From Euglena gracilis (lineage: Eukaryota), in assembly GCA_039621445.1 (NCBI GenBank), contig CP154954.1:48463847-48527846 (forward strand): DNA of 64,000 nt, written 5' to 3'. Of the stretch, positions 13,241-27,083 are shown piece by piece (position 1 is the stretch's first letter; each line of letters opens with the position of its first letter). A model generated the notes under the pieces. It was not told where the DNA came from. It saw only the letters and a list, made by a program, of their open reading frames with translations, and made no database searches. A program made the translations under genes and the position numbers.

Positions 13241-14324
13241 TGTCCCCCTGTGTGGACACAAAAGGGAGCACATTTTTTTCTATGTTTGCATCAACCCATG
13301 TGTTAGATACAAAGGAGGGGATGAAAAAAGAGACATGTTCGCGATTCAAAATGTCGCACAATTTTGCTCGGCCGAGGAGGAACGTACGGTTTCCTTGTAC
13401 CATTGCAAGGTGCGCATGCGTAATGCATGCCTTTGGGTTGCCCACAATTCCCAGCATATTTTTTGGCCTCTTCAGCATCGGCACATGTCACTGGTACATA
13501 GGCAACATGCGCAGTGGCCATGATATCCAAAAAATCTGTTGTGGATGGCGAATAACGTGTTCCTTTGTCGTAGTTGCCTCCAGCAGAACCCCCCCCTTCT
13601 GATTGAGCTTGCAATCCAGAGTTTCCCATGGTCGCCCCTGGAGAGGGGGGGTTTCCCGTCGTGGGGTGGGGGTCGACCATGGTCGCCCCTCGAAATGGGG
13701 GGCGTTCCCGTCATGGGGTGGGGGTCGACCATGGTCACTAGGATGTAGCTACCCCTCCAGCATTGCAATCAAAGGCAAAATTTGGACCGTCATTTTCGGA
13801 ACCTTCACACAGGTGATGGGTTGGTTGTTTTTGCAAACCACCTCCTGGCTCCTGAGGGTGGTTCTGTTAATTCCCCTGCCTGGGTGGCACTGGGTTCAGG
13901 GGGTGGGGTGGGGGGCTGGAAAGAAAGTCGCCTGCTCGCGACACAGCAAATTTCATTTGGCAGGCTTGTGATGTACTTCTCCCAGAGACTTCTTCCGCTC
14001 CCTGGGCGTCACGCACCACCTCAAAATTTGTTCAGGTGCTCGTCCAATTTTTTTTTTACTTTTGCAAGGGGTTTACCTTTTCACCATGGGCCATCCTGCG
14101 CTGACTGCCCCAAAAGGACCTCATGATGCTGCCAGCGAAGCGCCGGGACGAATTTTTTGCTCGTTAGCCGCGCTGGTACAAACTTGTGTGTCACCCGTGT
14201 GAAGCAATTGGGGCCCTCGAACAGTTGAGCAACAAAAGGGATTTGCCCCCAAAACGAGTGGGGAACACATTTTGTTATTTTGGGGCCCTCAAACGGTTAA
14301 GTTAAGCAACAAAAGGGAATACGT

Positions 14325-14382
14325 TGGGGTTAGGGTTAGGGTCAGGGTTGGTTTGGGTTAGGGTTAGGGTTAGGGTTAGGGT
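14325..14382 (+). repeat. Interstitial telomeric-type (TTAGGG)n
   Basis: gggttagggttagggtcagggttggtttgggttagggttagggttagggttaggg. Confidence 0.85.
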
Positions 14383-15135
14383 GACGTTCAAGGTTCAGGT
14401 TTTGCAGTGTACCGGCAAAAAATCCCTTGTGTTTCCCACCCGTTTTGGGGGCAAATCCCTTTTGTTGCTCAACTGTTTTAGGGCCCCAAAATAAAAAAAA
14501 ACCGTTGTAATACCCTGCCGTTTTTGGGGGGCAAAACCCTTTTGTTGCTCAACTTTTTGAGGGTCCCAAAAATAGCAAAATACCCCGTTAACAACCCTTT
14601 TTGGGGCGCAAATCCCTTTTGCTGCTCAGCTTTTTGAGGGCCCCAGAACAACAAAATCCCTTGTCTTTTCAACCCATTTTCGGGGGCAAATCCCTTCTGT
14701 AGCTCAACTGTTCGAGGGCGATGCGTGGTGAAAAGAGTTACTATACCTTTTTGATTATCCCCCCCCCACGGAGCCGGAAACCAGGGGGGGGGGAACAATC
14801 GCCCGGGTCCCCCGCTGCAGGTACTTTGGGGGGTCGGCACACCCCTCCCCCCCCCCCTCACCGACCCCCTCGCCACGCCATTTTACCCCCCCTCCCCCCC
14901 CTTTTCGGACCCCCTCGCCACGCCATGTCAGGCCTGCCAAAGAAAATTTTCTTGGCAAACCCCCGCGCACCCCCCCCCCATCCGGGACCCCCTCGCCACG
15001 CCAAAAAACGCCCAAACCCCCCCCTCCCCCCCCCCCCCTAGCCGGAAACCTCGCCACGGCGTGCCGACCCCCCTTTTGTTATGCCCGTGAAGCCAAGTAT
15101 GAAGGCTGTGAACAAGAAGCGAGGCACATCTGGTG

Positions 15136-15453
15136 CCCGCAATGTAGGTTAGTGGAACAGTGGAAAGTATTGTATTCACAATGCTGGGTTTGTCGCCGCC
15201 ATCTTGAAAGATTACAAGGAACGTGCACATGTCACTGATGCTGGGGGGAAGATTTTGAAGCACAAGCAAATGAGTCAGATTGCATTTGTTGCCGAATGGG
15301 TCAAAAGAACCGGAGAAGAACAGTTGAGCGCACAGCACTTCCGCAAATGGTTGGCCCGAGGGAGTTCTCAGGGGCCCCCAACCGAAGATCCCATTCTGAA
15401 AGCCGGGAGGAGGCGAAATGAGGCACACTTATTTTATTTGGGCTTGAAAAGGG
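15136..15453 (+). pseudogene. Partial inverted copy of the 5' part of the pogo-like transposase at 21.8-22.1 kb
   Basis: ORF 15204 (KDYKERAHVTDAGG...LFYLGLKR) is nearly identical to the N-terminus of ORF 21381-22055(-). Confidence 0.85.
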
Positions 15454-16527
15454 CCCCTATTTTGCTAATGGCCGGGCTCCTTCAGACCCCCAATTAGCCA
15501 ATTAGGGGGGGGGACAATTAGGGGGGGGGCTCGAGGACCCCGACCCCATAATTTTTGACGTGTGCAAAATTGGTCGATTTTTTTGTGCATTTTTGGATTG
15601 GTCATGACTTTTTCTTATCCGGCAAATTTTAACATTTTCGAAACGGACGTTTTTGGAGGTTTTCTGACCCCTTGCCGAAATTGGCCAAAGTTGGCCAAGG
15701 GAACGTCCATTGGCCAATTGGGCTACCCCCCCCCCCCTAATTGGCTAATGGACCTCCCTTAAGGACCCCCCAATTGGCCAATTAGGGGGGGGGGGCAATT
15801 AGGGGGGGGGTGAGGGTACATAAAAAAAAAAGGAAAAACATTTACCCTCACCCCCCCCCTATTTGGCTAATGGCCGGGCTCCTTCAGACCCCCCATTTCA
15901 GAACCCATTAGCCAATTAGGGGGGGGGGCGGCAATGCAAGTAGGGGGGGGGGGGAGGGTGGGGGGGTGAGAGAGAGAGAAGAGATAGAGGAGACAGAGAG
16001 ATAAGATAGATAGAGGACAACAGTACATATTATACATTATCGAGGCGATACTATATATCTATCTATAGAGCTAGAGATATCGAGAGATATATATATCTAT
16101 ATCTGTATGTAATAGAGATGTGAGAGAGCGAGCGAGAGCGAAGATGAGAGGGAGAGAGAGATAGCGAGAGATAGAGGGAGGGAGATGAGAGAGCTGGAGA
16201 GAGTGAGCGAAGAGAGAGAGAGAGATTGATGCAGAGGGCGATCTAGAGAGAGAGATGAGAGAGAGAGAGATAGAGAGAGAGAGATATATAGAGAGGAGAT
16301 AGAGTAGAGAGAGAGAGAGAGAGAGAGAAGAGAGATGATGAGATATAGGAAGAGAGAGAGATAGAGAGATAGAGAGAGAGAGCAGATAGATATGAGAGAG
16401 TAGAGATAGAGAGAGAGAGAGATAGATATATATATATAGAGAGTATATATATAGAGAATATAATGATATATAGCGACGATATATATATATAGATATATAG
16501 AGATTAGTATATATATATATAGATATA

Positions 16528-16568
<41 letters not shown>

Positions 16569-17394
16569 GGGGGGGAGCACACGGCTGGCATGAAGGAGGG
16601 AGCTGCGCCGGCGGCTGGCCGACGGCGTGGACGGAAGACGGCGTCCTGTGCCGTGAGCTTTTGTTGAGTTGCAAATGCCTAATTTGGTGTGCCTGTTCCA
16701 ATTTCTGGAAGGCAGATTCCTAATTTAGTGTGCCAATTCCTAATTTTGAGGTGCAAATTCCTATTTTCATGTGTATATTCCTAATTTTGAGTGGCAATTG
16801 CCTTATTTTGGGTGTAAAGTGCTGATATTTTGAGTGGTAATCCGAAGTTTGGTGTGCCAATGCCTTCTTTTGAGTGGTAAATTCCTAATTAGTGAAAAGG
16901 TTCCAAATTTTTAGCGGATTTGGTGGGCCAATTCCTAACTTTGAGTGATTAATGCCTAACTTGGGGTGCAAAGCCCTACAAGAGGGGTTGCTTTGGGCAA
17001 TTTTTAGTCACTTGAAACCGTTCCACACAAAATTTCAGCCTTTTTTCGTCCATAACAGGTAATTTTTGTCAGTTCGTGGAAAATGGACCACCAACTGAAC
17101 AATTTTTAGTCATTCGAATAATTTGTTGGCAAAATTCCTTCACAATAACTATGGAATGACCCAAGAATCGGCTGAAATGGTCAAAATTGGTCAAAAAAGT
17201 CCAAAAATTGACAAAAATTGACGAAAAATGACTTCAAATGGGCAAAAATGCAGCCTCCACGAACGATGAACATGACCTTGACAGGGGATTGACGGCGAAA
17301 TTGTTTTTGTATTGTCGAGCTATGGCTTGGGTCATTTGTGAGTGCCTGTGAGAGCCTGTGAGTCACACGGCTGGCCGACGGCGTGCTTGTCGAG

Positions 17395-17443
<49 letters not shown>

Positions 17444-18356
17444 GTGTGTGTGTGTGTGTATATATATATATAATATATATAATATACATATAAAGGGAGC
17501 ATATATATATATATACATATATATACATATATAGACATATATATATACATACATAAATATACATATACATATATACATATATATTTATGTGTGTGTGTAT
17601 TATACACACACACACATATATACATATATACACACATATATATATATATACGTATATGTATGTATATGTATATAAATTTGTATATATACACATACATATG
17701 GTAAGGCTAACTCACCGGCACCCCCCCCCCCACCCGGAGGGGTCCCAGTGGTTGGACCTACCGGGGGCTTCGGCCGCCCAGGTGAAACTACTGAACCCCC
17801 CTTGCATTTTCTTTGGGAAACCCACCCCACCGACGGAAACTTTTTTCGCCGGCGGGGGCATTTTGGGGTTATGTTTAGGAATAGGGTTAGGGTTAGGGTT
17901 AGGGATTGCGGTTAGGGTTCAGGTGAGGGTTGGGGTTAGGGGAAATCAGGCGGGGCCGAATTCCGGCTGAATTTCGGATCCAATTTTTTATGTGAATTTC
18001 GACCCGATTTCGGCACAACTTTTTCCCCAACTCGTAACCCTAACTATTCCTATATATATATATGGCAGCTACGGCAGTTACGAGTTGATATTTTGAGTTA
18101 CCACTCAAAATATCAGCACTTTACACCCAAAATTAGGCAATTGCCACTCAAAATTAGGAATATACACATGAAAATAGAAATTTGCACCTCAAAATTAGGA
18201 ATTGGCACACTAAATTAGGAATCTGCCTTCCAGAAATTGGAACAGGCACACCAAATTAGGCATTTGCAACTCAACAAAAGCTCAACGACAGGACCCGGCT
18301 TCCGTCACGCCGTCGGCCAGCCGCCGGCCAGCCGTCAGCCAGCCGTGTGCTCCTCC

Positions 18357-18394
<38 letters not shown>

Positions 18395-19122
18395 TATAAA
18401 TATATATAAATATATATACATATATATACATATATATATATAATAACATATATATAGATATAGATATATATATATATATATATATAATACATATCTCTCC
18501 GCAGGCTCCTCTCTCTCTCGATCTTCTTCGTCTCGCTCTCGTTTCTCTCTTCTCTCGCTCTCGCTCTCCGCTCTCGCCTCCTGTCTGCTGTCTCTCTCTC
18601 TCTCTTCTCTCTCTGTCTATATCATGTATCTACTCTATACCCTCACCCCCCCCCCTAATTGCCCCCCCCCCTAATTTGCTAAATGGGGGGCTGAAGGGGC
18701 CCGGCCATTAACCAAATAGGGGGGGGGGGAGGGGAAATGTTTTTCCTTTTTTTTTATGTACCCTCACCCCCCCCCTAATTGCCCCCCCCCCCCCATTTGG
18801 GCATTTGGGGGGTCTTAAGGGACCCCCCTTAGCCAATAAGGGGGGGGGGGGCCCAATTGGCCAATGGACTTTCCCTTGGCCCACCTTGGCCAATTTCGGC
18901 ACGGGGTCAGAAAACCTCCAAAAACGTCCGTTTCGAAAACGTTAAAATTTGCCGGATAAGAAAAAGTCATGACCAATCCAAAAATGCACAAAAAAATCGA
19001 CCAATTTTGCACACGTCAAAAATTATGGGGTCGGGGTCCTCGAGCCCCCCCCCCCTAATTGTCCCCCCCCCTAATTGGCTAATTGGGGGTCTGAAGGAGC
19101 CCGGCCATTAGCAAAATAGGGG
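15454..19122. repeat. Large fold-back (nested inverted repeat)
   Basis: 15454-15930 is the reverse complement of 18640-19122. AG/TA microsatellite 15965-16565 mirrors TA/CT 18360-18640. 16566-16840 mirrors 18095-18360. Confidence 0.85.
17875..17942 (+). repeat. Degenerate (TTAGGG)n
   Basis: agggttagggttagggttagggattgcggttagggttcagg...ggggttaggg. Confidence 0.7.
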
Positions 19123-19439
19123 GGGGGAGGGTATATATATGTGTATATATATGTATATACATATATATATACATATATATACATATATATACATATACAT
19201 ATACATATAAACCCCCCCCAAACACCCCCCCCCCCCAAATACGACCCCCCCCCCCCAAATAACACACCCCCCCTCGGGGGCCGATTTCGAGCGCCCAAAT
19301 AACACACCCCCCCTGTTTTCCTTTGGTTTTCCATGTAAAAATGACACCCCCCCCAAATAACACACCCCCCCCTGGGGCCCCAGTTCGGGTGCCCAAATAA
19401 CACACCGGGGGGGTGTGTTATTTGGGGGGGGGGTTTATA

Positions 19440-19800
19440 TACCATCCCCCCCATTATGTACCCCCCCATCATGTACCCCCTGGGGGGGAGGTACATAATG
19501 GGGGGGGGGATGGTGGCTCACTATCATAACGCTTTTTCTAAAGAATTTCCCCAAAAATGCTCAAAAATCGACGTTTTTGGGACGTTTTCAAAAAGTGATA
19601 TTTGGCAAATGTGCTGAAAATTGACCAATTATTGCAAACATCCAAAAAGTTGCCAAAAATGACCCCTTTTGGGCTGTTCGGTCGGGTCTGGGAATGGTAC
19701 CTGGGTACCCCCCCATTGTGTACCTCCCCCCCCCCCATTTTGTACCTCCCCCCCAAATTTGGCCTCCCGGGGGGAGGTACATAATGGGGGGGGATGGTAT
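19440..19800 (-). mobile_element. TA-flanked MITE (TACCATCCCC...GGGGATGGTA family), inverted relative of 20-520
   Basis: Core cccattcccagacccgaccgaacagcccaaaagggg is shared in reverse orientation with positions 60-230. Confidence 0.75.
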
Positions 19801-21269
19801 GTGTGTGTGTGTGTGTGTGTGTATTGGTGGGAACTCAGGCTATGTTGACTTTCATCGTGATTTTTGGCACTTTTTCCTGCAGTGCATAGGTTGGAAAGAA
19901 ACTTCGACCCTGGCTTTCTGTCTGCAGAGTTTGGTTGAAAAAGAGAGGGAAAGCCCCAAAATGTGGAAAAGGTAAACACTGCCGGATGACGGGAATTAAA
20001 GGTGCTTACCCACCCACCCCATTCCACCCCAAGCTTCAAGGTTAGCTGTAGGTCCCAACCCCTCATCATAATGTCATAATGATAGGAAAACCTAAGATGC
20101 ATTGTTCGTAATCGTCCAGAACCACCCAGTTTATCGGCAAAAATTGTTTGTGTCAACGTTGATTAAGCAAGCAACCTGAAAAAGAGGGAAAAGTCGGTTT
20201 CAGGTGCTCTCATTCCCATCAAACTCCAAACCAACACCAAAATGGATGTTGTGGAGGTGCCATTTTCAAGCAGGTAAACCAAAAAAAGCTTCATTTTGGC
20301 ACTGTAGGTGGCCTGTTGGGTCTAATTGGTTGGTTAGTTCATCGCCCATGGGAACAGTAAGGGGGAGAAGCTCGTCCCCCCCTTGTTGTTCCTCCCTTGC
20401 CGGTCCCATGGAGGCAAAAATGGGCCACAGGTCGGGTACAGTGGGACAGTGGGGGGGGGGGCATGGTTGTTGGCCATTGGTGTTTTTTTAAATAAACACA
20501 AAACATTTTTTTTTAAAAAAAGCAAAATAAAAAGATGTTTTTTTTTGAAAATGTAAATTTTCTCGTGTTTCCTTGAAAATGGGCCATTTGTTGGGAAAAG
20601 ACATTTGGAGGGCATGGCCCCAGACGGTGGACTTGGGGGGTTCTGGGTCATTGATCGACTTAGTCGATCGAGGTTGATCGACCACCCCCCAAGTCGGTGG
20701 ATCCCAATTTCCGAGGGGGTGGGGTTCTGGGTTGTCTACCCCACTCTAAATGTACCAATGGGGGTGTTCAACCACTTTTTTAAGCACCCCCCCCCCCACA
20801 TAGTGGGCACGCCTGTTTTTTTTTTGACGTTATTTTTTTGTTTTTTTTATTTTTAACAATGTTTTTTTTTAAAAAACAAAAAAAACGCCCACTAGGTTTT
20901 GCAAAGAAAAATTTTTGAATACATATTTTCGGTCATTTTTGCAACTTCTGGGTCCCAAAAACTACCTCCCATAAAAAAATGGAAAAGTAATAAAATTGCA
21001 TTTTTTTCTGCTTTTTTGGATGTTTTCGACCATTTTTGGCACTTTTTTGAACTTAGTAGGATTCAAAGTATGGTTTGGGTGTTTCATAACTAATAAACAT
21101 TTTTTTTTTTTTTTTTTTTGTGTTTTTTTTGTTATGTTTACTAAGTGTTTTTTTTAAAAGAAAAAAAATTGTTTTTTTTGATTTTTTTTTTCGTGTTTTT
21201 TGTAAAGAGAAAAAGTGTTGTAAAAAAAAAATGTTCCTTTCCCGTATTTGTTAATGACTTTTTTGAAAA

Positions 21270-22123
21270 AAATAAATCCGTCCTTTATGTCGATCACCCC
21301 AACGTGAAATACCCCCGTCCATCCCTCCCTCTTTATGTTCAATGTCACAGTTATGCGCTTGTGATCATCAGACCCTGCCGTCAACACCGTTCCCTCATCC
21401 GGGTCGTCAGAGAGCAAAGTTTCCCAAGTGTGGGGGGGTCCTTCCACGTTGGGGTTTGGTCCCAGTTCACCATGACACAATTCTCCCCAAGTAATTTCTG
21501 CACATTGATGATGTACATGCGAAATCGGTCCACTTTCTGGAGCAGGTTGGTTGGGATCTTTTTCTTCAGTGACGTCACAGACTTTAGACGTAGCCCCCAC
21601 CTCAGTCGAAATCTTCTCACCCAGTCGTCACTTACCTTGAATCGTTCCGTCACAGGAACTGTTTGTAGTGTTTCAACTGCTTGCAACCGGAGCATATACG
21701 TTGTTACTTTCAGACCTTGCACACGTCGAGCTATCACCCATTTCCAGATCTCACTTTCGACTTTTTCAAACGGCGAAGCACGTCCCGCACCAGGTCGCTC
21801 AGCATCCCTTTTCAAGCCCAAATAAAATAAGTGTGCCTCATTTCGCCTCCTCCCGGCTTTCAGAATGGGATCTTCGGTTGGGGGCCCCTGAGAACTCCCT
21901 CGGGCCAACCATTTGCGGAAGTGCTGTGCGCTCAACTGTTCTTCTCCGGTTCTTTTGACCCATTCGGCAACAAATGCAATCTGACTCATTTGCTTGTGCT
22001 TCAAAATCTTCCCCCCAGCATCAGTGACATGTACACGTTCCTTGTAATCTTTCAAGATGGCGGCGACAAACCCAGCATTGTGAATACAATACTTTCCACT
22101 GTTCCACTAACCTACATTGCGGG
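21270..22123 (-). pseudogene. Pogo/Tigger-like DDE transposase remnant (CENP-B-type HTH plus start of DDE domain), frameshifted and truncated
   Basis: VESEIWKWVIARRVQGLKVTTYMLRLQA...FKVSDDWVRRFRLRWGL (CENP-B HTH), then NWDQTP; after a frameshift, TVLTAGSDDHKRITVTL. Ends in AT-rich sequence. Confidence 0.85.
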
Positions 22124-22338
22124 CACTATATATGGCATTATATATGGCAGCTCCCGAACGATGATAGAGCGAGAGTGGCCGTATGATAGAAGAGAGAGGA
22201 TTAATATATAATATATAATATTTCTTCGGATAGGTGAGATATGATAAGAGAGAATATATATAGAATCATATATATATATATATAGATATAGATAGATAGA
22301 GTTCTATAAATATTTACATATATAGATATATATATATA

Positions 22339-22373
<35 letters not shown>

Positions 22374-25300
22374 CTCGACATGCTGACCAATTTGGGCAAA
22401 AATTACCACTTTTGGCCTCTTTTTGCCCAAGTTGGTCGGCATGTCGAGGCCATCGCCCCTTAGCCCACGGTGACGGTAAGAGTGGCCCCCCCCCCCCCCC
22501 CCAGGACCCTCCCGGTTTGGCCAACCCCCTCTGCAAAGGCATGCCGAACTGTGCCAATGAACCTCCACGTTCTGCCGTGTCAAAACATTGAGAAAGAAAA
22601 AGAGAAAGAACGAGGATATCAGGAGACACCAACGACACCCTGAGTGGGGCGGATTTTTGCTCGGGAGGAGTGAGGGAGGGGGCAAGTGAACATCACCGAG
22701 GAGATCATTGGTTTTTCTTTTCTTTCTTTTTGGCTTTTGTATGCAACCACAACATGGCGCTTTCACTGATGGGAGTCAGCAATCAGGAGGAATTTTAATG
22801 AGCTGCAACCGAGCAACACCCATTGCGGTTTTGGCCATTGTCCTCATCTTCACTTTCTTCAGATGCCACTCCATCCTGGGCATTGTCTTGCGCATGATTG
22901 TCTTGCGCATTTTGGGTGTTGTCCTGCTGGAAGTGAATCTATTCCGTTTTATGGGCTCTTAGACTGTTTTTATTTTTATTTTGAATTGATGAAAATTTAC
23001 TGATGTCGGATACCGAAACTTGGATTCTGCAAAATGAGCGATAAGAAGAAGAGATGTCTTCGTGCCTGTTTACAGTCGAAGTGTGTGGCCCAATGATACA
23101 AATGGTGATTTCTCAGATGCCTCTGAAGACTGCATATTGCTATTGTTCCTTTTGAGAGGGGAGTGGTTTTTTCCCCAAAAAGTCCGCATTTTTGAAGGAA
23201 AAAAGTAATGACATGCCTGTTTTTAGAAAAACAACAAAAAAGTATTCCCCCACACACCAGTTTCTATGTTCTCCCCAAGAACACAACCCCCCCCCCAAAT
23301 AATATCCCCCCAATAGTATTCCCCCCGGGACCCGACTTCGGCCGCCCAAATAATATTCCCCCATTTTTCACGGACCGCCACAGAAAAACTGAGTTTTCCT
23401 GGAACTATATTTTTTGCAACTTTTGCATGAATTCTACCATGTTTGGATTGAAAACAAATGGAAAATACCAAATTGTATTTTTTTGAAATATAAATTCCAC
23501 CCCCATGTATTTTGATGGTGCCCAACATAGATGAAATGCATTTGAAAATACAAAAAAAGTGCCAAATTATGCTCCCCCTCCCAAATCATATTCCCCCCTG
23601 AGGGTGATTTCGGCTGGCCAAATAGTGTTCCGGGGGGATTTTATGGGGTGTTTATTTTTCAAGAAACAACCTCGCACGTTAAGATGAGGTCAAGAAATGC
23701 TTTGCACCATGATGAAGACTCCCCTTCCATATGGATATCCCCTCCCACCCCCATCCTGAAGTGGGTTCAATGGCTGCTAGCAATCACAATGCCCAGCAAA
23801 TTGTGAACAGCAGCAATTTGCATCTGGGAAAGCCAACGTCTATTCCTCAACGTTTGCAAGATGGTGCTATTCTGTTGTCCAATGCGCCTGCATTGTTTGG
23901 GACACCGCTTCATTCAATTTGACAGCATCAACCCAGAACCCCATTACCTCCCTTTGTGGCTTTGACATTGTGCAACCTAAAATGGTCTTTGCCGTCAATA
24001 AGGCAACTCGCCCCAAAATGCTGTGACACAATTTTTGCATTCCATTTTGATAAAAGTTTTCAAATACTACCAGTTCTGTGTGACTCCTTTTTGGAAGCGA
24101 TGTTGCAATCCCATCTCGATATTTTCATGAGCAAACAATGCCAATCCAATCTTCAACAACCACACACGGAACGAAGGCCAGAAACCAAGAAGCGGTGTGT
24201 TGACTTTTTTCCCCCAAAGAGTTGGGGGGCATCAACCGAAAGTTGCCCACCTGGTGCCGACGTTTTTTGGGGTTTTGGCCAACGAGTTTCCATTGTAATT
24301 GGGGGGGTTAGAAAGTGGGTGACTGGTTTTTGAAAGTGAGTGATTGGTTTTTTGAAAGTGGAACCCCCCGGGGGGCTTTAGCGCCCCCAAGAAGCCTCAG
24401 TGCAACTGAGGGGGGTCAGCAAGCAATGGAATCACCAACACATGGTTCTTGATGGATGTTTTTCCAGTTAAAAAAAAAATCCTGACAACGGTTTTTGGGT
24501 CCTCTGGGGTACGGATTTCTGACAAATTTCGACAAATCCTGACAAATGACAAATCCCGAGAAACCAGTTTTTTTGCAAATGGCATTGCCTCAAAAAGGAA
24601 TGTTTTGATTTGGACAGTGGTTTGCAAAACACCTTTCCAGCTTTTTTTTGCTTTTGTTTTTGGTGAATGGCTGTTTTGAAAAGGAGAGCTCTTTGCTGTT
24701 GGAATTGAAAGAAGTAATCCTGGCCAGTTGCAGGATAGCATTATCTCCAGTGTGTGCACTTTTTTTTTGCCACAACAACAACTATTGTTATATGTTTGAC
24801 CATAGATGCTAATTTCCCTGCTTTTTTGGGGTGGTTGTATTCTTTTGATTTTTCAACAACTCATTCCCCAGCAGCTGGTTGTGATCGTTTCGAAATGATT
24901 TTCCTCCCCCCCCCTTGTCCAACAACTTGGCCCAATGACCCCCCTGTCAGATGCGATCTTTTCCATTCAAAGAGTGTTGAAAATTTGTGTCGGGTTGCGA
25001 CAAACAGTAGAAATTGCTTGTCGGAGACAAAACGTTGGCTGTTTTTGTGACCCCCTCCCTGGTCAGAGACAAACACCAATCCCATAAATTAACTATAAGG
25101 TGGGTCACACGTTGTTTGCTTTGGATCAAATCACCCAAATGATCCGGCTGAACAAATCCTGGCAACAGCACCAAAATACCCAAGTTTCTGGAGGTGCTTG
25201 GTTTCAAGTTTCCTTTGTTAAGCCGACCCATGACCCATGTTCGAGGGGTATCTGTGTGACACTGGTAGCTGAAAAATGTCATTTTTGTGGACCCTTTCCA

Positions 25301-26701
25301 ACCCAAAACAAGCCATATTTGAGCCATAAAATGGTCATGTGTTAGGCAAGAAGTGGAGGAACAGGAAAACCAAAATGAGGGGACTTGGACATGGGGGGGG
25401 GGCTGGATCCCACCCCTGTTCACCTTGGGAACTGAACTGCACAGGGGGGGGGGGGGGAGGGGATCACGGGGTCCCATTTTGATGGCGAAACCAACCCGAC
25501 CAAAATCAGCCCAATACTGACAATTTTTGGGACAAGTTTGGCCAATGTTTGGCCATTTTTCGGTTTGTCCAGATGCCAACCACCCCAAAATATGCCCCCC
25601 AAAAAACCTATTTTGGACCCATTTTGGGAACTCCCATTTTGGCCCTAGTGACCGATTTTCCTTTGGCGGTTGGGTTGGATTGGATATGGGGGGGGGATGG
25701 GGAGGGGGCTCGGAACCCCTCTGTTCACTTGGGGAACTGAACTGCATGGGAGTTCTTATTTGGATGGCCAAGTCCCCTATGGTCAGATTGGGCGTCCCAA
25801 GGGGCTTCGGTTTAGGTTGCCGGACCGTTCCTTTAATTTTGCTTCATTTTTTTTTGCAAAATTTTGAAAGAATTGGATTTTCAACCCAATGGCCCCCCAA
25901 AAAACCCAAAGCAGCAGTCTTGACCAGTTTGGGCCCCTTCTGTTGAATAATTTTGGAACGAAGGTGGATTTATCTGGTGGTGAGATTTTCTCTTCTCCAT
26001 AAAGGGATATGAAAGGGCTCTAAAGAAAGGTCTCTGAGTTCATTAAGGGACAAGTGCTCAGCGACTCCCCCCCCCCCGAATGAACCCCCAAAATGAACCT
26101 TCAGGTGGTCCTTAACCAGCATTTATAGGTCATTTGAGGGAGAACCCCCCGAAAAATAATAACCTGGGTCCATTTCATGGGTCTGTTGCTGGAAAGCCTG
26201 AGGGGGCTCTTATTCATGGGGGGGGTCCATTGCATGTATTTTTTTTCAGGAAATTTTTTGTTTTTGAAAATTATTGCATGATTCCCTTTTGAGCACTTAT
26301 TCTCACGTCATTTTAAAGATATATCCGAGATTGTCCACAAGAAAAAGAGGCCAACACCCTGACCCCAGGGGCCATGCATGCAATAAAGCTGTGCTACTGA
26401 TGATGATCATTAAAAATGTTTTCCTTTCACCTCTTCTTGTCATGCCTTCCTTCAGGCCTCCGGCCATTCCTTTCCCACTTTTATGGAGGGGCCCATTTCA
26501 TAGAAGGGCTTTCTCGGGGCCTTTAGGGCCTTTCTCGCAAGGGCCGGGGGGTCTTATTCATGGGGGTCCATTTCATGGATTTTTGCTCGGAACGTCCAGG
26601 GGGGTCTTATTTTTGGGGGGTTATGCAGATGTAGATGTAGATGTTGGTGAAATGCATCATGCAAATGAAAATACAGTTGCAAAAATTTCATTCTGCCACA
26701 G

Positions 26702-26939
26702 GTGACTGCCCTCGCAATGCCAGGCGCCTTGATTGCTGCTGCCATCGCCCTCTTTGGGGTTTTGATGCAAAGAAACCGCCCCAATGCATCCCGAGCCTAT
26801 CTGATGGCCGCTCTGGAAAGTGATTTCCTGACCGAGGATGCAGTGGCGAAGGGCCATGAAGTGAAAGGTGAGGCGGCTAGTGAGGCAGCTCTGGAGGAGG
26901 GCGAGCTGCCTGATGTTGAACATCCACCAGAGGAAATTG
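26702..26939 (+). CDS. Exon of multi-exon host gene A (unknown product), first recognisable exon
   Basis: ttctgccacag| acceptor; VTALAMPGALIAAAIALFGVLM...PPEEI G; donor |gtgtgc is phase 1 and matches the acceptor at 31441. Confidence 0.65.
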
Positions 26940-27083
26940 GTGTGCTGCTTTTGGCAATATTGCAAAGAGGTTCCTCTTGGACTCAGCAGAATGTCTAAAG
27001 TATGCGTTTTTACATTGCTATGCCCATTTCTCTGCTATTGTACTTTTTTATGTCACCACCATTGGGTTCTCTCAGCCGAGGGG

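Noticed and set aside
13240-14130. Unique-looking ORFs next to the satellite
   Set aside because: No recognisable domain or codon bias.
14325-14382. True telomere
   Set aside because: Short, degenerate and internal.
22700-25350. Possible minus-strand gene or transposase remnants
   Set aside because: Fragmented ORFs with no motif or consistent splice phase I could establish.
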